From: Dickeya dadantii NCPPB 898
GTDB taxonomy: Bacteria > Pseudomonadota > Gammaproteobacteria > Enterobacterales > Enterobacteriaceae
Direction of reading: 5' to 3'
NCBI RefSeq assembly: GCF_000406145.1
Contig: NZ_CM001976.1
Location: 297,497 to 329,496, forward strand
DNA: 32,000 nt
Shown: piece after piece, positions 29,240 through 32,000 of the stretch
Numbering within the stretch: the stretch's first letter is position 1
Layout: every line of letters begins with the position of its first letter
Translations under genes and position numbers: made by a program
The notes under the pieces: model-generated
Told to the model about the DNA's origin: nothing
Database searches by the model: none
What the model saw: only the letters and a program-made list of their open reading frames with translations

Positions 29240-30610
29240 TTAACGCAGCAACAGATAGATGCTCTCATCGCCGCGGACAATATTCAGCGCCAGCACCGAA
29301 GGCTTGGCTTCCAGAATTTTGCGCAATTGAGTGATGTTTTCCACGCGTTCGCGGTTCACGCCGACAATAATATCGCCTTTCTGCAGACCAACCTTGGCGG
29401 CGGCGCTGTCTTTAGCCACATTATCGATCGTCACGCCTTTGCTGCCGTCCTTAAGCTGCCCGTTGTTGAGGGTCGCGCCTTGCAGGGCCGGAGACAGTGT
29501 GTCGGCATTGGTGGTGACGTTGGCGCTGTTGTCCAGCACGACCGAGACTTCCTGCTGTTTGCCGTCGCGCAGCAGGCCGATACGTACTGTTTTGCCCGGC
29601 GCGGTGGTGCCGATCTTAGCGCGCAGTTCGGCAAAACTGCTGATGGGCTTGCCATCCAGCGATACCAGCACGTCGCCTGCTTTGATGCCGGCCTTGGCGG
29701 CGGCGGACTTCGGAATGACCTCGCTGACGAAAGCGCCGCGCTGTGCGTCTACCTTGAACGCTTTGGCGATTTCAGAGGTCATCTCGCTGCCCTTGATACC
29801 CAGCAGGCCGCGTTTCACTTCGCCGAATTCCACCAACTGTTGCGTCAGATTCTGCGCCATATTGCTAGGAATGGCGAAACCGATGCCGACGTTACCGCCG
29901 CTCGGCGCCAGAATCGCGGTGTTGATGCCGATCAGCTCACCTCGCAGGTTAACCAGCGCGCCGCCGGAGTTACCGCGGTTGATGGAAGCATCGGTCTGGA
30001 TAAAGTTTTCCAGCCCTTCCAGATTCAGCCCGCTGCGACCCAGCGCGGAAATGATGCCGGACGTCGCGGTCTGACCGAGCCCGAACGGGTTGCCGACGGC
30101 AACGGCGAAGTCACCGACGCGCAGCTGATCGGAATCGGCCATTTTGACTTCGGTGAGATTCTTGGCGTCGTTCAACTGCAACAGCGCGATGTCGGTTTGC
30201 TCGTCGCGGCCAATCAGTTTGGCGTCGTACTCACGGCCGTCATTCAACTGCACCTGAATTTTATCGGCGTTGTTGACGACGTGGTTGTTAGTCAGCACGT
30301 AGCCTTTTTCGGCATTGATGATGACGCCGGAACCCAGCCCTTCAAACGGGCGAGAATTCTGTTTTTCAGAAGGGGTGTTAGGACCGAAGAAGAATTTAAA
30401 CTCTTCCGGAATACGCTGGCGCTGTACCTGCGTGCCTTCCACATGGACACTCACTACGGCGGGCAGCACTTTTTCCAGCATCGGCGCCAGGCTCGGCAAA
30501 GCCTGACCTTCTACCACAGCAGGCAGCGCGGCATTGGCCGGGGGCAGCGAAGATAACGACAGTCCAATACCGAGTGCCAGTGCGCTATATAACAACGATG
30601 TTTTTTTCAT
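29240..30610 (-). CDS. degQ: Periplasmic serine endoprotease DegQ (HtrA family, two PDZ domains)
   Basis: 456 aa. MKKTSLLYSALALGIGLSL... signal peptide, LPSLAPMLEKVLPAVVSV, GNSGGALVN and the C-terminus VRGDESIYLLLR. Colinear with E. coli DegQ (455 aa). Confidence 0.96.
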   Translation of the reverse strand: MKKTSLLYSALALGIGLSLSSLPPANAALPAVVEGQALPSLAPMLEKVLPAVVSVHVEGTQVQRQRIPEEFKFFFGPNTPSEKQNSRPFEGLGSGVIINAEKGYVLTNNHVVNNADKIQVQLNDGREYDAKLIGRDEQTDIALLQLNDAKNLTEVKMADSDQLRVGDFAVAVGNPFGLGQTATSGIISALGRSGLNLEGLENFIQTDASINRGNSGGALVNLRGELIGINTAILAPSGGNVGIGFAIPSNMAQNLTQQLVEFGEVKRGLLGIKGSEMTSEIAKAFKVDAQRGAFVSEVIPKSAAAKAGIKAGDVLVSLDGKPISSFAELRAKIGTTAPGKTVRIGLLRDGKQQEVSVVLDNSANVTTNADTLSPALQGATLNNGQLKDGSKGVTIDNVAKDSAAAKVGLQKGDIIVGVNRERVENITQLRKILEAKPSVLALNIVRGDESIYLLLR

Positions 30611-30650
30611 TGATTGTTAACTCTCTCACGACCTGCCTATGAATAAAACA

Positions 30651-30679
30651 ATGATATATAAACTCAATCTTGTGGTGAA
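30651..30679 (-). promoter_or_regulatory. Candidate sigma-70 promoter for degQ
   Basis: On the minus strand: TTCACC (complement of 30674-30679), a 17-nt spacer, then TATCAT (complement of 30651-30656), about 40 nt upstream of the degQ ATG. This is a motif match only. Confidence 0.3.
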
Positions 30680-30846
30680 GACTCAGACCCGGGGCTGTGT
30701 GTAAAGTTCACTGATATTTCGTCAGCAGAATGTAACGGCCGTCGGTGCGGGGAAGATGATGGATGCCGGCGGCGAGGTCGCACCCTGACGACAAACAGCG
30801 TGCCGCCAGGGTGAATAAAACCGGAAAGATCGGCAAAAATAGCCGG

Positions 30847-31251
30847 TTACTTGCCGATTGGCCGAGTGCCGCGCAGCAAGCCGGAAGCACTGCCCGAGTA
30901 GTCGCGGGGCGGCATCTCCACCGGTGCCTGATCGTTGTCCGACTCAGCTTCGGTCAGGCGATAGCGGAACGGGTTATCCTGCCCCGGCATGTCAGGCAAC
31001 AGACTGTTGGAGCTTTTCGCCATATGCTGATAGAGCTGGCGGTAATCGCGCGCCATATTGTCGAGCAGTTCCGCGCTGCTGGCAAAGTGGCTGACCAGTT
31101 CCTGACGATATTCTTCCAGCTCGGTTTTGTTTTTCTCCAGTTCGTTTTGCAGTACCTGCTGCTGGCGCAGTTTACGGTTGCCGAACCGCATCGCGACAGC
31201 GCCAATGATGACACCGATAACAAATCCAATCAGCGCAGACTCCCAGGTCAT
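30847..31251 (-). CDS. zapG: Z-ring-associated inner-membrane protein ZapG (YhcB)
   Basis: 134 aa. MTWESALIGFVIGVIIGAVAMRFGNRKLRQQQVLQNELEKNKTELEEYRQELVSHFASSAELLD...YRQLYQHMAKSS closely matches E. coli YhcB (132 aa). Confidence 0.95.
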   Translation of the reverse strand: MTWESALIGFVIGVIIGAVAMRFGNRKLRQQQVLQNELEKNKTELEEYRQELVSHFASSAELLDNMARDYRQLYQHMAKSSNSLLPDMPGQDNPFRYRLTEAESDNDQAPVEMPPRDYSGSASGLLRGTRPIGK

Positions 31252-31461
31252 AAAACGACTCCTATTTTGACTTCGTTGTCCCGTAGGGTTTTTTCACTTA
31301 ATAATAGTCACTATAACCGCTAACCTCGCCGGAGTGGAGTCCTGTGTCTGGTCTGACCGGGACGCACGGGCGCCGCGAAGCGGTAACGCTCACGATCGCG
31401 GGCTTAACCGGCGTTAACGCACGATAAAATACAACGAAATTTTTCTCAGGGATTTTGCGCT

Positions 31462-32000
31462 ATGCAGAGAACAACCCCTTTGGCACTTTACCAGCAGGCT
31501 TTGGCGGCCCAGACTTACCAGCCGGATGAGGTGCAGCATCAGACGGTTGTCCGTCTGAACGCTATTCATCAGACGCTGACGGAACAGGTATGGGCGCCAG
31601 CGGAAAGCAGCGCGCCGGGACTGATGGCGAAATGGCGCACCTGGCTGGGGCAGAAGGAAAAATCACCGTCGCCGGTACAAGGGCTGTATATGTGGGGCGG
31701 GGTGGGGCGGGGTAAAACCTGGCTGATGGACCTGTTTTTCCACAGTCTGCCTTCGGAACGCAAGCTGCGTCTGCACTTTCACCGCTTCATGCTGCGCGTG
31801 CACGAAGAGCTGAATCAGTTGCAGGGACAGGAAAATCCGTTGGAAAAGGTGGCCGACGGCTTCAAAGCACAAACTGATATTCTGTGCTTCGACGAGTTCT
31901 TCGTTTCGGATATTACCGATGCCATGCTGCTGGCGGAACTGTTGCGAGCGCTTTTCTCCCGCGGCATTGCGCTGGTGGCGACCTCCAATATTCCGCCGGA
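31462..32000 (+). CDS. zapE: Cell-division AAA-type ATPase ZapE (YhcM), 5' fragment (3' end outside the window)
   Basis: Not in the ORF track because the frame has no stop inside the window. My own translation from ATG 31462 gives MQRTTPLALYQQALAAQTYQPDEVQHQTVVRLNAIHQTL...GLYMWGGVGRGKTWLMDLFFHSLPSERKLRLHFHRFMLRVHEEL...ILCFDEFFVSDITDAMLLAELLRALFSRGIALVATSNIPP. Walker A and B motifs are present, and it is colinear with E. coli ZapE. Confidence 0.93.
   Translation, partial: MQRTTPLALYQQALAAQTYQPDEVQHQTVVRLNAIHQTLTEQVWAPAESSAPGLMAKWRTWLGQKEKSPSPVQGLYMWGGVGRGKTWLMDLFFHSLPSERKLRLHFHRFMLRVHEELNQLQGQENPLEKVADGFKAQTDILCFDEFFVSDITDAMLLAELLRALFSRGIALVATSNIPP

Noticed and set aside
29177-30556. A 459-aa ORF on the plus strand spanning almost the whole degQ gene in antisense
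   Set aside because: It is exactly antisense to a highly conserved, full-length degQ. The translation is R/A/G/Q/D-rich low-information sequence (…RRGGADLSAQFGK…) with no recognisable domain and no SD. Long stop-free antisense frames are expected in GC-rich genes with strong codon bias.
30708-31323. A 60-aa minus-strand ORF in the degQ-zapG spacer and a 186-aa plus-strand ORF antisense to zapG
   Set aside because: Neither has an SD or a recognisable domain. The 186-aa ORF is antisense to the well-conserved zapG, and the 60-aa ORF overlaps the zapG 3' end out of frame.
31481-31496. A sigma-54-like GG-N10-GC motif (TGGCACTTTACCAGCA)
   Set aside because: It lies inside the 5' coding region of zapE, with no downstream gene to drive. 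The -12 element is CAGCA rather than TTGCA. A chance occurrence is likely in 32 kb.

Overview
This window looks like conserved chromosomal core from an Enterobacterales genome. By eye it is GC-rich (mid-to-upper 50s percent, not computed), and the proteins are close to but distinct from E. coli K-12, which suggests a Pectobacteriaceae/Dickeya-like organism. That assignment is inference.

Gene order:
- rng (3' fragment), yhdP, tldD, then aaeR divergent from aaeXAB.
- A lineage-specific patch: a DUF1543-like gene divergent from a LysE-family exporter gene, a 406-bp structured gap, darP(yjgA) divergent from pmbA, and rnk.
- The ptsO-rapZ-ptsN-hpf-rpoN-lptB-lptA-lptC-kdsC-kdsD run plus yrbG, all on the minus strand.
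- mlaFEDCB, ibaG-murA, then degS, degQ and zapG on the minus strand, and the 5' part of zapE.

Nearly every long ORF maps one-to-one to a well-known housekeeping or envelope gene, with catalytic and Walker motifs intact. I found no rRNA, tRNA, CRISPR array, integrase, transposase, phage gene or recognisable defence or toxin module.

I do not see a convincing novel multi-gene system. The only non-core material is roughly 10.3-14.7 kb. The leads there are:
- an uncharacterised two-repeat DUF1543-type protein paired with an exporter;
- a ~137-bp nested palindromic (MITE/REP-like) element;
- an 18-bp tandem repeat;
- a 13-bp direct repeat upstream of rnk;
- gene-order differences from E. coli that bring tldD and pmbA within 7 kb of each other.

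The remaining findings are small structural oddities with low interest scores. All comparisons to E. coli come from memory, not from a search.
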